From positions 4,832,001 to 4,896,000 of the forward strand of contig OZ245046.1 in the NCBI GenBank assembly GCA_965224245.1: a stretch of 64,000 nucleotides of DNA. Direction: 5' to 3'. This stretch comes from Candidatus Eiseniibacteriota bacterium. Its GTDB lineage: Bacteria; Eisenbacteria; RBG-16-71-46; CAZAMP01. This document shows, one piece after another, positions 1 through 8,793 of this stretch. Position 1 is the stretch's first letter, and each line of letters starts with the position of its first letter. The notes under the pieces are model-generated. The model ran no database searches. It was not told the origin of the DNA and saw nothing but the letters and a program-made list of their open reading frames with translations. A program made the translations under genes and the position numbers.

Positions 1-196
1 CATGTTCCTGGTGGCCGGCCTCCTGGGGATGGCGCTCGGCCTCCACGTCACCGCCGTGATCTCACGCCTCTCGGATCAGAACCGGATCCTCGCCGAGCGG
101 CTCGCGCTGCTCGAGCACGCGGTGGAGCGCGTGGCCGCCGGCGACGTCCCCTCCGGACGGGAGCCCGGTCGGACCGAGACCCCCGATCGGTCGTGA
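1..196 (+). CDS. DUF2304-like small membrane protein, 3' end (probably 5'-truncated by window)
   Basis: Hydrophobic helix followed by 'TAVISRLSDQNRILAERLALLE' coiled segment, typical of DUF2304 C-termini. Confidence 0.55.
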   Translation, partial: MFLVAGLLGMALGLHVTAVISRLSDQNRILAERLALLEHAVERVAAGDVPSGREPGRTETPDRS

Positions 197-231
197 CGCC
201 GCCCGCGGCCGCGGATCACCGCGCCTCGAGA

Positions 232-1908
232 TCATCGCATCAAGCAGAGCTTCTGCGCGGCCACACGCGACGGTGTGGTCAGCCGCACGTAGTAGACACC
301 CGGTGAGACCGGCATGCCGGCCGCCGATCGGCCGTCCCACTCGATCGCACCGATGCCCGCCTCGCGCACGCCGCTCCACAGCGTCACCACGAGACGACCG
401 TCCACGCCGTACACGCTCACGTCGGCCGGTCCCGCGTCGCGGAGCGCGAAGCGGAGCGTGGTCGCGCCCTGGAACGGGTTCGGCCGAGCCGGTAGCAGGA
501 TCGCCGGCGCCCCGGTGAGGTCGAGCATCGGATCCCCCACCGCCACGAGGTCGGCGCGGAAGCACATGTAGACGTTGTCGGCCTTCCCGCCGAAGTCCCA
601 GCCGGCACCGCCGAGGCGGATCCTGTCGATCGTGGCGGGTGGCGAGAGAGTCGAGAGCTCGCCGATCAGATCGAACGACTCGGGATACCACACGTCCGCA
701 TCGATCTGCTTCGAGTAGACGATGGTGTTGCCGTCGTTCACGACCGCGCCGTCCGGTGGCGGGCCGGTCTCCTCGTCGATCCAGATGTACCACCCGTGGA
801 CCCACGTCTTCGCGAATCCGTCGACGTCGGTGTAGCTGATGCGGAGCGTGACGGGATACTCCCACTCGTCCTCGGTCCAGCCGCTGCCGCCGAGGTTGTG
901 ATGGAGTGCCTTCACGTCGAGCTCGAGCGAGACGTCGGCGGGTCCCGAGACGTCCAGATCCATGTCCTGCTCGATCGTGGTCCAGTCACCCGACACGCCG
1001 CCGTCGAGGCGCTCCCATGCGGTCGACGACGTGCCCGGGAAGGAGGGCCCGTTGTCGAGGTCCTCGTAGATGATCGTGGTCTCGGACGGATTCGTCTCCA
1101 GCTTGGTCCACCGGTTCGGGATCATGTCGTCGGCGTCGGCGTAGAACCCGTCCTCGAAGTGCCCGTTCTCGGTGTTGAGGACGCCGAACATGCGCACGTT
1201 GTCGGCCTTGCCCTCGAAGCTCCAGCCGCTGCCCCCCAGCTCGATGCCGGTGATTCGCTGGGCCGGGGCGAGCGTGCTCAGGGCGGGTCCGAGGTCGATC
1301 GTGCGCTGATACCAGGTGTCCGCCTGGATCTCGGCGCACCAGACGATCCCGCTGCCGTCGGCCACGACCACGCCCTCGGGGGGCGGGCCGGTCGCCTCGT
1401 CGATCCAGATGTACCACCCGAACATGTAGAAGCACGCGGAGCCGGTGTCGTCGAGGTAGTAGACCTTCACGAAGACGGGGAACTCCCACTCGTCCTCGGT
1501 CCAGCCGCTGCCGCCGAGATCGTGCGACATCGCCTTCACGTCGAGCTCGAGCCAGAGCTGCTCGTAGCACCCGACGTCGACGTCGAGGTCCTGGCGGATC
1601 GCCGTCCAGTCACCGGAGACGCCTCCGGCCGTGCGCGTCCACGCGACCGACGTGACGCCCGCCCCGTAGGGGCCGTTGTCGGGATCGGGGGATATGAAGG
1701 AGCCCTCCTCGGGCGCCGTCTCGTGCTTCGTCCATCCCACCGGGATCATGTCGTCGTCGTCGGGCGTGAAGCCGCTCTCGAAGTCGCCGTTCGTGATGTG
1801 ATCGAGTCCGAGCGCGGGAGCGGGTGTCAGTGCCAGCGCCCCGAGCGCGGCGCACCCGATGGAGAGTGCGGCCAGTCTGACCGTGACCGGTTGCGGTGTG
1901 GTAGTCAT
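232..1908 (-). CDS. Secreted protein with two tandem ~205-aa jelly-roll/CBM-like domains and a C-terminal T9SS/FlgD-Ig-like sorting domain
   Basis: Signal peptide after ATG 1908 (MTTTPQ...PAPALG); repeats start NGDFE / NGHFE and share HxLGGSGWTEDEWE[FY]PV and GWYIWIDExTGPPP; tail 'PNPFQGATTLRF...VYGVDGRLV...WDGRS...PGVYYVRL'. Confidence 0.8.
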   Translation of the reverse strand: MTTTPQPVTVRLAALSIGCAALGALALTPAPALGLDHITNGDFESGFTPDDDDMIPVGWTKHETAPEEGSFISPDPDNGPYGAGVTSVAWTRTAGGVSGDWTAIRQDLDVDVGCYEQLWLELDVKAMSHDLGGSGWTEDEWEFPVFVKVYYLDDTGSACFYMFGWYIWIDEATGPPPEGVVVADGSGIVWCAEIQADTWYQRTIDLGPALSTLAPAQRITGIELGGSGWSFEGKADNVRMFGVLNTENGHFEDGFYADADDMIPNRWTKLETNPSETTIIYEDLDNGPSFPGTSSTAWERLDGGVSGDWTTIEQDMDLDVSGPADVSLELDVKALHHNLGGSGWTEDEWEYPVTLRISYTDVDGFAKTWVHGWYIWIDEETGPPPDGAVVNDGNTIVYSKQIDADVWYPESFDLIGELSTLSPPATIDRIRLGGAGWDFGGKADNVYMCFRADLVAVGDPMLDLTGAPAILLPARPNPFQGATTLRFALRDAGPADVSVYGVDGRLVVTLWSGVREAGIGAIEWDGRSAAGMPVSPGVYYVRLTTPSRVAAQKLCLMR

Positions 1909-2346
1909 GAGGTCCCTCGCGTCGTGCGGGCCGATGGCCGCGCCGCGTCGTTCGCGCATCGCATGGTGCGCCCGGTCACCCGGCACGCGCCTCCCCCGCA
2001 CGGGGTTGCCGTCTCTTGGGCTCCGTTGTCGCTGGTGGGCTCCTCGTCAGCTTCGTCTCGTCATGAGCCTCCCAACCGGCTCGACGGGACGCGAGCCGTC
2101 CGTTCGGTGAGCAATGTCGGTTGCGTCCGCGTGCGGGCGAGGTTCTTGCACGGCCGAGGATCGGCCGCCGCACCCCGGGACCGCAATGATGCGATCGCAT
2201 CAATTTGCTTGTTCGAACAGCGGGACGGGGTTTTTCGGTGTGCGCGGATTCCGGCGCGAGCGATGGACCGGGAACGTGGCGACGTCTCGAGGGGCGGTTC
2301 GAACGGGGGCGGAGAGCGACGCGGGGCCGCGGGGACCCCGAGCGGG

Positions 2347-3558
2347 CTAGGCCGCGAGCTCGTCGGCCGAGCCGCGCTCCATCGATCGCCGGACGCGCGC
2401 GATGAACTCGTCGCGCGACAGGCCGGGCGTCGGGTACGTGATCATCTCGGTCCAGAACTGATCGGGCTGGATCCGCGCGCCGAGCGTCTCCTCGATGCGA
2501 CGCACGACCGCGCGCGCCGAGCGCGAGCACGCGGGCGCGGCGACCACGGCGAAGTCATCGTCGAGCGCCAGGACGCGGTCGGAGCGGCGCAGCTGCCCCT
2601 TGATGATCTGGGGCCAGCCGGGACCGAGCGTCGTGGCCGCGTCGGGTCGAAGCTGCACGCTGACCACGCTGAGCCCCTGGTTGGGATCGTTCGCGAAGTG
2701 ATCGGCGCCGGGCTCGATGACGAGACGCTGCACCGCGTCGACCGTCATGCGAGGAACCGTGAACCAGAAGATCGTGCCGCCGTCGGGACGTTCGGACAGT
2801 CCGATGTCGCCGCCGTTGCGGTGCGCGATCGCGCGCGAGATGGTCAGGCCCAGACCGACGCCGCGCTGGTTTGCCGTGAGGCCGGCGCGGCCCTGTGTGA
2901 ACGGGCCGAAGATGTAGTCGACCTCGTCCGGATGCACCCCCGGGCCGGAGTCCTCCACCTGGACGCGCACCATCTCGTCGTCGGACACCGAGTCCGCCGC
3001 GATGCGCACGACACCGCCGGGCTCGGTGAACTTCACCGCGTTGTCGGCGAGACACATCAGGATCTGGCGAATGCCGCGCGGCTCGACCAGGATTTCCGGC
3101 AGATCCACCGGGATGTCCCACTGGATCGTGATGTCGCGGGCCTCGGCCTTCTTCTCCAGTACCCGCGACGCGCCCACGGCGATGCTGTACACGTCGGAGC
3201 GCTCGAACTCGAGGTGGAACCCGTTGCCGGCCTGCACGAGCGCGAGGTCGTGCATCACGTCGATGATATTCGTGATCTCGTCCAGTCGATCCATGGCGAG
3301 ACGCTGATACTGGTTGCGGCGTTGACCGGCCGATGGATCGCCGGAGTCGCCGGCCAGCACGATGCACTCGCGCGTCGCGGCGAGCGGTGTCCGCAGCTCG
3401 CGCGCGAGGCGCGACATCAGGTCTCCGGGGCGAAACGACCCGTCCCAGCGCACGGGCTCCCGTCGGCTGTCGGCCAGACGTCGCAGGCGACCTTCGTCAC
3501 CATTGGGTGCGTCGGCCGTCTGCGTAATCGAGAGCTCAGGAGTAGACGGATCCTTCAC
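2347..3558 (-). CDS. Cytoplasmic histidine-kinase-like protein (H-box His replaced by Arg) with a degenerate GGDEF-like C-terminus
   Basis: ARELRTPL H-box-like motif, N box DNAVKFT, G1 DSGPG, F box IFGPF, G2 GVGLGL; GTG 3558 preceded by GGAGG; start uncertain (ORF open to 3753). Confidence 0.75.
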   Translation of the reverse strand: MKDPSTPELSITQTADAPNGDEGRLRRLADSRREPVRWDGSFRPGDLMSRLARELRTPLAATRECIVLAGDSGDPSAGQRRNQYQRLAMDRLDEITNIIDVMHDLALVQAGNGFHLEFERSDVYSIAVGASRVLEKKAEARDITIQWDIPVDLPEILVEPRGIRQILMCLADNAVKFTEPGGVVRIAADSVSDDEMVRVQVEDSGPGVHPDEVDYIFGPFTQGRAGLTANQRGVGLGLTISRAIAHRNGGDIGLSERPDGGTIFWFTVPRMTVDAVQRLVIEPGADHFANDPNQGLSVVSVQLRPDAATTLGPGWPQIIKGQLRRSDRVLALDDDFAVVAAPACSRSARAVVRRIEETLGARIQPDQFWTEMITYPTPGLSRDEFIARVRRSMERGSADELAA

Positions 3559-3780
3559 GCGGATTCCTCCGTATCGTCCGCTTCCGATCGTGCACCGGCC
3601 GTCGAGCCGGACGCACACCCTTCCCACAACCGACCGCCCGGCCGGTATGCCGTTGGAGCGGGCATTCTTGGTGGGGTTATCGGCCATCGCGCGGGGGTCA
3701 TCACGCGCGATGATGGGACGGGCGCCGAAGCCACTCTTTCGGCTGATACGCACCGTCCGCGGAACGACCGGGCCGCCCCC

Positions 3781-3981
3781 TCAGGTCCTCGTCAGCGGCT
3801 CGTGAACGGTGCGCTCGAGAATGCTGTCGAGCGGACAGAAGTGCGTGAAGGCGGACTGGAACAGGTTGGCGCCGATGAATGTCGTGAACAGGAGCCACCA
3901 CTGACTCACGAATACCGTCAGGGCGACGCTCGCGAGAATCATCAGCCCGACGATCACGCGGAAGACGTCCGACCGTGCCAT
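3781..3981 (-). CDS. DUF2892/YgaP-family small membrane protein
   Basis: 66 aa, two TM helices, 'FIGANLFQSAFTHFCPL' signature; RBS AAAGGAG upstream of ATG 3981. Confidence 0.85.
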   Translation of the reverse strand: MARSDVFRVIVGLMILASVALTVFVSQWWLLFTTFIGANLFQSAFTHFCPLDSILERTVHEPLTRT

Positions 3982-4044
3982 GTCTGTCTCTCCTTTGATT
4001 GAGTCCATGCTCGAACCGGGTCGGTTGACCGGGTGCCACATCAT

Positions 4045-4061
4045 TGCGATCGTCGTGCCAG
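4045..4061 (-). promoter_or_regulatory. Sigma-54 (-24/-12) promoter of the DUF2892 gene
   Basis: Minus strand CTGGCACGACGATCGCA = GG-N10-GC, close to YTGGCACG-N4-TTGCW; adjacent to a bEBP gene. Confidence 0.75.
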
Positions 4062-4184
4062 CCCCAGGCGGGAGGATCCGACCCCGGTCGTTTCCAGGGC
4101 CAAGGAATTGCCGGACAACGAATTGAAGCCGCCGACCCCGGTCTCTCACGCTCCGCGGGCCGAGCCTCGGTGTTGCGCTGCAGT

Positions 4185-4222
4185 TGATGCATCTGCAACA
4201 ATTCGTTGATGCATGCGAAACA
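4185..4222. promoter_or_regulatory. Tandem candidate upstream activator sequences for the adjacent bEBP
   Basis: TGATGC-ATCT-GCAACA (4185-4200) and TGATGC-ATGC-GAAACA (4207-4222), 22 bp apart, ~125-160 bp upstream of the sigma-54 promoter. Confidence 0.55.
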
Positions 4223-4246
4223 TGGGCCACGTACGGGGAGCGGCTG

Positions 4247-5650
4247 GTGACACGTGGTGAGACGCTCGAGATCTGCCTGGCCCAGCGGGCCAACATGCAG
4301 GCCATCTTCCACTCGGTCGCCGACGGCCTGATCACGCTGGACGCCGACGGGCGTGTCCTGAACCTCAACCGCGCGTTCGAGGCGCTCGTCGGCATCTCCG
4401 AGGACGAGGCGGCGGGTGCTCCCGTGAACGAGATCGTGCGCGGCTCGCTGTGGTCGGTGGAGCCGATGGTTCGCGAGGTCCTCGCCAGCGGCGAGACGAT
4501 CCGCGAGCGCGAGAACGTGCTCGCGGTCAACGAGGGTCGCGAGGCCCGCGTCGTCATCACGTGCAGTCGCCTGCTGGACGCCGAGGGCCTGCCCGCCGGC
4601 GCCGTGCTGACCCTTCGCGACATCACCGCGCTGCGCGCGCTGGAGTCGAGGCTCGAGGCACGCACGTCCGTCGAGCGCCTGGTCGGATCGAGTCACGCCA
4701 TGCAGGAGATCTACGCGCTCATCGATCAGGTGGCGCCGACCGACTCCACGGTGCTCGTCCAGGGCGAGAGCGGAACCGGCAAGGAGCTCGTGGCCGACGC
4801 GATTCACCAGCGCAGCCGGCGCGCGAGAGGTCCGTTCGTGAAGGTCAACTGCTCGGCGCTCTCGGAGGGGCTTCTGGAGAGTGAGCTGTTCGGCCACGTG
4901 AAGGGTGCGTTCACGGGCGCCTTGAACGAGCGCACGGGACGGTTCGAGCTCGCCGACGGCGGCACGATCCTCCTCGACGAGATCGGGGATCTCTCCGAGA
5001 CCATCCAGGTGAAGCTGCTCCGCGTGCTCCAGGAGCGTGAGATCGAGCGGGTCGGTGACACGCGTGTGCGCCGGATCGACGTGCGCGTGATCACGGCGAC
5101 GCACCAACCGCTCCGCCAGCGCGTGGCCGAGGGACGGTTCCGCGAGGACCTCTTCTATCGCCTGAACGTGATCCCCATCGAGATGCCACCGCTTCGGGCT
5201 CATCTGGAGGACGTGCCGCTGCTCGCACGGCTGTTCCTGACGGAGATGGTCGATGCCGTCGGCAAGCGCATGGAGCAGATCTCGCCCGATGCGATGCGCG
5301 TCCTCATGGATCATCGCTGGCCGGGCAACGTGCGGGAGCTCCGGAACGCGATCGAGCACGCGGTCGTGAAGGCGCGAGGCGATCAGATCCTGGCCGAGGA
5401 CCTCCCGCGCGAGATCGTGGCCGGACCCTCGCCGGCGATGGTGTCCCAGTGGTCGGCGACGGCGACCCCGCAGCACCGCGACGCGTTCATGAAGGTGGCC
5501 AGACCCGACGACGAGGCGGAGCGAGGTCGCATCCTCGCCATCCTCAACGAGACCGGATGGAACCGTGGGGCCGCCGCCGAGCGGCTGGGGATGAACCGGA
5601 CGACGCTGTGGCGGAAGATGCGGCGGCTGGGCATCACCGGGGGGGGATGA
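4247..5650 (+). CDS. Sigma-54-dependent transcriptional activator (PAS + AAA+ + Fis-type HTH)
   Basis: PAS (SVADGLITLDADGRVLNLN), Walker A GESGTGKE, ESELFGHVKGAFTGA, LLDEIGD, WPGNVREL, C-terminal AAERLGMNRTTLWRKM; GTG 4247 follows GGGGAG (ORF open from 4184). Confidence 0.95.
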   Translation: MTRGETLEICLAQRANMQAIFHSVADGLITLDADGRVLNLNRAFEALVGISEDEAAGAPVNEIVRGSLWSVEPMVREVLASGETIRERENVLAVNEGREARVVITCSRLLDAEGLPAGAVLTLRDITALRALESRLEARTSVERLVGSSHAMQEIYALIDQVAPTDSTVLVQGESGTGKELVADAIHQRSRRARGPFVKVNCSALSEGLLESELFGHVKGAFTGALNERTGRFELADGGTILLDEIGDLSETIQVKLLRVLQEREIERVGDTRVRRIDVRVITATHQPLRQRVAEGRFREDLFYRLNVIPIEMPPLRAHLEDVPLLARLFLTEMVDAVGKRMEQISPDAMRVLMDHRWPGNVRELRNAIEHAVVKARGDQILAEDLPREIVAGPSPAMVSQWSATATPQHRDAFMKVARPDDEAERGRILAILNETGWNRGAAAERLGMNRTTLWRKMRRLGITGGG

Positions 5651-6003
5651 GCGACCCCGCGCAGCCTGCCACGGTCCGGACGGCTCGGTCGGCACGCCGA
5701 GGAGCTCGTCGCGGGAAGGGCCGGATGATGCACGGAATGTTGCACAGCGTTGCCCGCCTCGCAACAATACGTCTCTCCGATGATGCACGTCAAGGGGAGC
5801 GCGCCGGTGGGCGGGCGCCTCGACGGACGCCACATCTCATTTTCTGACAGCGCGTTAGGTAGGCCGCCGCCGGACGTGCGCCTTTGTCACGCTTCGTGCA
5901 TCGGAGAAGGTGTGGTCACGCACGTCGGCCTGCCGCCGCCGGGCACACTCTCAGACGACTCCCATCGCTCCCCGAGCGGTGTGAACGAGACCAGGAGATG
6001 GTC

Positions 6004-6339
6004 ATGTCCGACATCCTCAACATCACCGACGCCCAGTTCCAGGCCGAGGTCCTCGACTCCACGCTCCCCGTCGTCGTCGACTTCTGGGCGCCGTGGTGCG
6101 GTCCGTGCCGGATGATCGCACCGACGCTCGAGAAGCTGGCCGGCGAGTTCGACGGCAAGGTCCGTTTCGTGAAGGTCAACGTGGACGAGAATCAGCAGTA
6201 TGCCGCGCAGTTCGGCGTGCAGGGCATTCCGAACCTCGTCATCTTCCGCGGCGGGGAGAAGGTGCAGCAGATCGTCGGGGCGTTGCCGGAGCCCGCGCTG
6301 CGCGAGCAGATCGAGACCGCGCTGGGTGTGACGGCGTAG
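6004..6339 (+). CDS. trxA: Thioredoxin
   Basis: VVVDFWAPWCGPCRMIAP active site; AGGAG RBS 6 nt before ATG 6004. Confidence 0.97.
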   Translation: MSDILNITDAQFQAEVLDSTLPVVVDFWAPWCGPCRMIAPTLEKLAGEFDGKVRFVKVNVDENQQYAAQFGVQGIPNLVIFRGGEKVQQIVGALPEPALREQIETALGVTA

Positions 6340-6410
6340 GTCCGGGCACGACCGGGGCTTCGCGGGCGGGGGTTTGAGCTACGCGTTTTGCGGGCCAGAG
6401 CCGCACGTCC

Positions 6411-6564
6411 GCGATCCGGAGGGGGGCATGAACCCCTCTGCTCAAACAGTCCTCGGGCGGCCGGCCCCTCGAAGGGCCGGCCTGATTCCCTGCGGAACTC
6501 GCCGGGGTCCATGCCCCCCTCCGGATCGCTGGGTTCGGGGGCGTCGGCTCGCGATGGCGAGACC
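6411..6564. repeat. Palindromic structured repeat, copy 1
   Basis: 26-nt terminal arms 6411-6436 / 6504-6529 with one mismatch, internal GGCCGGCCC..GGGCCGGCC hairpin; homologous to 7341-7493 in inverted orientation. Confidence 0.85.
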
Positions 6565-6854
6565 TCTCCTCGCCGGGTTCGGTGATCGCTCGGTTCGCCT
6601 CGGCGCTCGCGATCCTGGAGTGCCACCTGCCGGGCCTCGACCCCTGCGCACGCCGCGGGCCCATGCAAAGACTGCGCTCCACGAGCAGCCATCACGTCCG
6701 AACTGACGCGGGCCAACGCCATGCTCTGGAATCGTTCCTGGGTCACGGCGCACCGGCCCCGGGACGAGTGACGCGCGACGCACCATCGGGACCGGACGAC
6801 GGTGTGGCCGGTCCGCTCCGAGTTTCACGACGATCGACACCAGGAGGTGTGCGC

Positions 6855-7291
6855 GTGAAACGTCCCTTAGCCGTCGGCGCCGGGGCCGTCCTCGCGTTCG
6901 CGAGCGCGCGTGCCGGATGGCGGCGGCGCGCATCTCATCGATTGCGTGTCGTGGGGAAACTGCGCCCGCCGGTGGGGAGACGAGGTCTTCGTCTTCATGT
7001 CCGTGGTGACCGCGGAGTGCTCGGTCATCGACGAGACCGGGCTCTACGGGTGGGGCGGCGGCACCTTCGACATCCACGACACCGTGGTCTCGGTCGATCC
7101 GCTGCTTTGTGAGCCCGCCCCCTGCGACGCGGCACCGACCCCTCGAGGGCGACTACCACGTCGCCGCATCATACCCGTGTCTCCCACCATCCAGCCCCTG
7201 CGGCCACCCGACCGGTGCTCTGGGCCAGGGATGCGACGCCGTCCCCGTCCACACCACGACCTGTGCCGGGATCAAGCGCCACTATCGCTAG
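6855..7291 (+). pseudogene. Decayed, frameshifted secreted-protein gene
   Basis: CAGGAGG RBS + GTG signal peptide (VKRPLAVGAGAVLAFASARA), continues in a second frame (DCVSWGNC...DPLLCEPAPCDAAPT) and a third frame (EGDYHVAASYPCLP..SPCG...GALGQGC...PVHTTTCAGIKRHYR*). Confidence 0.65.
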
Positions 7292-7340
7292 CCGCCAATC
7301 GAGCGCGTGCGCCCGTGCACGCCGGTCGTCCGGCCCATGC

Positions 7341-7493
7341 GGTCTTCCATCGACGCGATGCCCCCGAGCTAGCGTCACGGGGACGGGGGCATGGACCCCG
7401 GCGAGTTCCGCAGCGGATCAGGCCGGCCCCCGAGGGGCCGGCCGCGCGAGGACTGTCTGAGCAGAGGGGTTCATGCCCCCGTCCGCGGGACGC
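7341..7493. repeat. Palindromic structured repeat, copy 2 (inverted relative to copy 1)
   Basis: Arms 7372-7399 / 7466-7493; core nearly identical to the reverse complement of copy 1. Confidence 0.85.
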
Positions 7494-7515
7494 GAAACCC
7501 AGGAGGAGGAGCGGC

Positions 7516-8793
7516 TCAGTGTCCGGAAGGCCGCTCCGCCGACGCGTCCCGGGGCGGTCCCTCACCGCGCGGCGGTGCCGCCGCCAGGGCCGCCCGCGCC
7601 GCCGCGTCGTCCCACGACGCCATGAACAGCTGCCCCTGCTCGTTCGGGGTGCGGCTGGCCGTCCAGCACAGGTGATCGCCGTCGGGCGTGAACACCGGAA
7701 GCCCGTCGAACGCGTCCGCGGTCGTCACCCGCACGGGCTCCTTCTCGCCCATGGCGTCGACCATGTAGAGCTCGAAGTTCTGGTACCCGTGGAGGTTCGT
7801 GGTGAAGATGCAGTACTCGCCGCTGGGGTGGAAGTACGGCGCCCACGACATCGCCCCGAGCTCGGTGAGCTGGCGTCGGTCCGTGCCGTCGAGCTTCATC
7901 GTGTAGACCTCGGCGGTACGGCCGGACGCGTCGAAGTGGCGCCAGACCACCCGCCGGCCGTCGGGCGTGAAGAACGGCCCGCCGTCGTATCCGTCCCACT
8001 CGGTGAGGCGGGTCACGTCGGTCCCGTCCGCGTTCATCATGTACAGCTCGCCGAAGAACGAGACGTCCTTGGCCGCCTGCTCCTGGAGCTCGGGCGACAG
8101 CGCGTCGATCGGATACGCGTGCCGCGTCGACGAGAAGACGATCTTCGAGCCGTCGGGCGAGTACGCGGCCTCGGCGTCGTAGCCCATCTCCGTCGTGAGC
8201 TGGCGGAGGTCGTCGCCGCTCCGGTCACAGACGAAGATGTCCATCGTCTCGTCGTAGTCCCACACCCGGCGCCGCTCACCGGCCGCGCGTGACGCGTACT
8301 CGTCCTTCTGCTTGCGCGGCGCGTCGGGATCCAGATGCGACGACGAGAACTCGAGGTCGTTCGAGTGCGGCCGGAAGAACGCGCAGGTCGTGCGGCCCAC
8401 CCCCGGAGAGACGCGGTGGTGAGCCCCCGTCGTCATCTCCATCACGTAGATCTGGAAGAAGGGGTTGGCGTTCTCCGCGGAGACGGGGACGTCGGCCCCG
8501 GGCTCCGGCGGCGCGCCCTCGTCCGCGACGACGGCCTCGGCCTGGAACACCATGTGATAGCCGTCGCGTGAGAAGTATCCCTCGCCCGCCCGGCGAAAGC
8601 CGCCGGCGACGGTGGTCAGCTGGCGCGGGTCGGAGATGTAGGGCGATTCGAAGCTGTCCCACTGGACCGCCTCGCCGAGCGACGAGTAGTCGGGCGCGGC
8701 GGATACTTCCCGGGTGCAGCTCTGAAGGGTCGCCGAGACGACCATCAGCGTGGCCGCGGCGGACAGGAGCTGGAGCGTCGACTTCGTGTTCAT
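7516..8793 (-). CDS. TolB-like/PD40 beta-propeller lipoprotein
   Basis: Lipobox-like TLQSC; repeated 'AYSPDGSKIVFSS', 'FFTPDGRRVVW', 'VFTPDGDHLCW' motifs. Confidence 0.85.
   Translation of the reverse strand: MNTKSTLQLLSAAATLMVVSATLQSCTREVSAAPDYSSLGEAVQWDSFESPYISDPRQLTTVAGGFRRAGEGYFSRDGYHMVFQAEAVVADEGAPPEPGADVPVSAENANPFFQIYVMEMTTGAHHRVSPGVGRTTCAFFRPHSNDLEFSSSHLDPDAPRKQKDEYASRAAGERRRVWDYDETMDIFVCDRSGDDLRQLTTEMGYDAEAAYSPDGSKIVFSSTRHAYPIDALSPELQEQAAKDVSFFGELYMMNADGTDVTRLTEWDGYDGGPFFTPDGRRVVWRHFDASGRTAEVYTMKLDGTDRRQLTELGAMSWAPYFHPSGEYCIFTTNLHGYQNFELYMVDAMGEKEPVRVTTADAFDGLPVFTPDGDHLCWTASRTPNEQGQLFMASWDDAAARAALAAAPPRGEGPPRDASAERPSGH

Noticed and set aside
2047-2073. Mini-ORF MTRRS* with GGGAGG on the minus strand upstream of the secreted protein
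   Set aside because: RBS-start spacing is only 3 nt and nothing else supports it; likely chance
796-4002. 1068-aa plus-strand ORF, and similar long ORFs such as 8790..11471(-), 25411..28356(-), 42003..45635(+), 54519..56756(-)
   Set aside because: Antisense or off-frame shadows of real genes in high-GC DNA; Arg/Ala/Gly-rich with no recognisable motifs
6411-7493. Repeat pair as integron attC sites or autonomous IS ends
   Set aside because: No RYYYAAC/GTTRRRY boxes, copies are inverted rather than direct, and no integrase, transposase or clear target-site duplication
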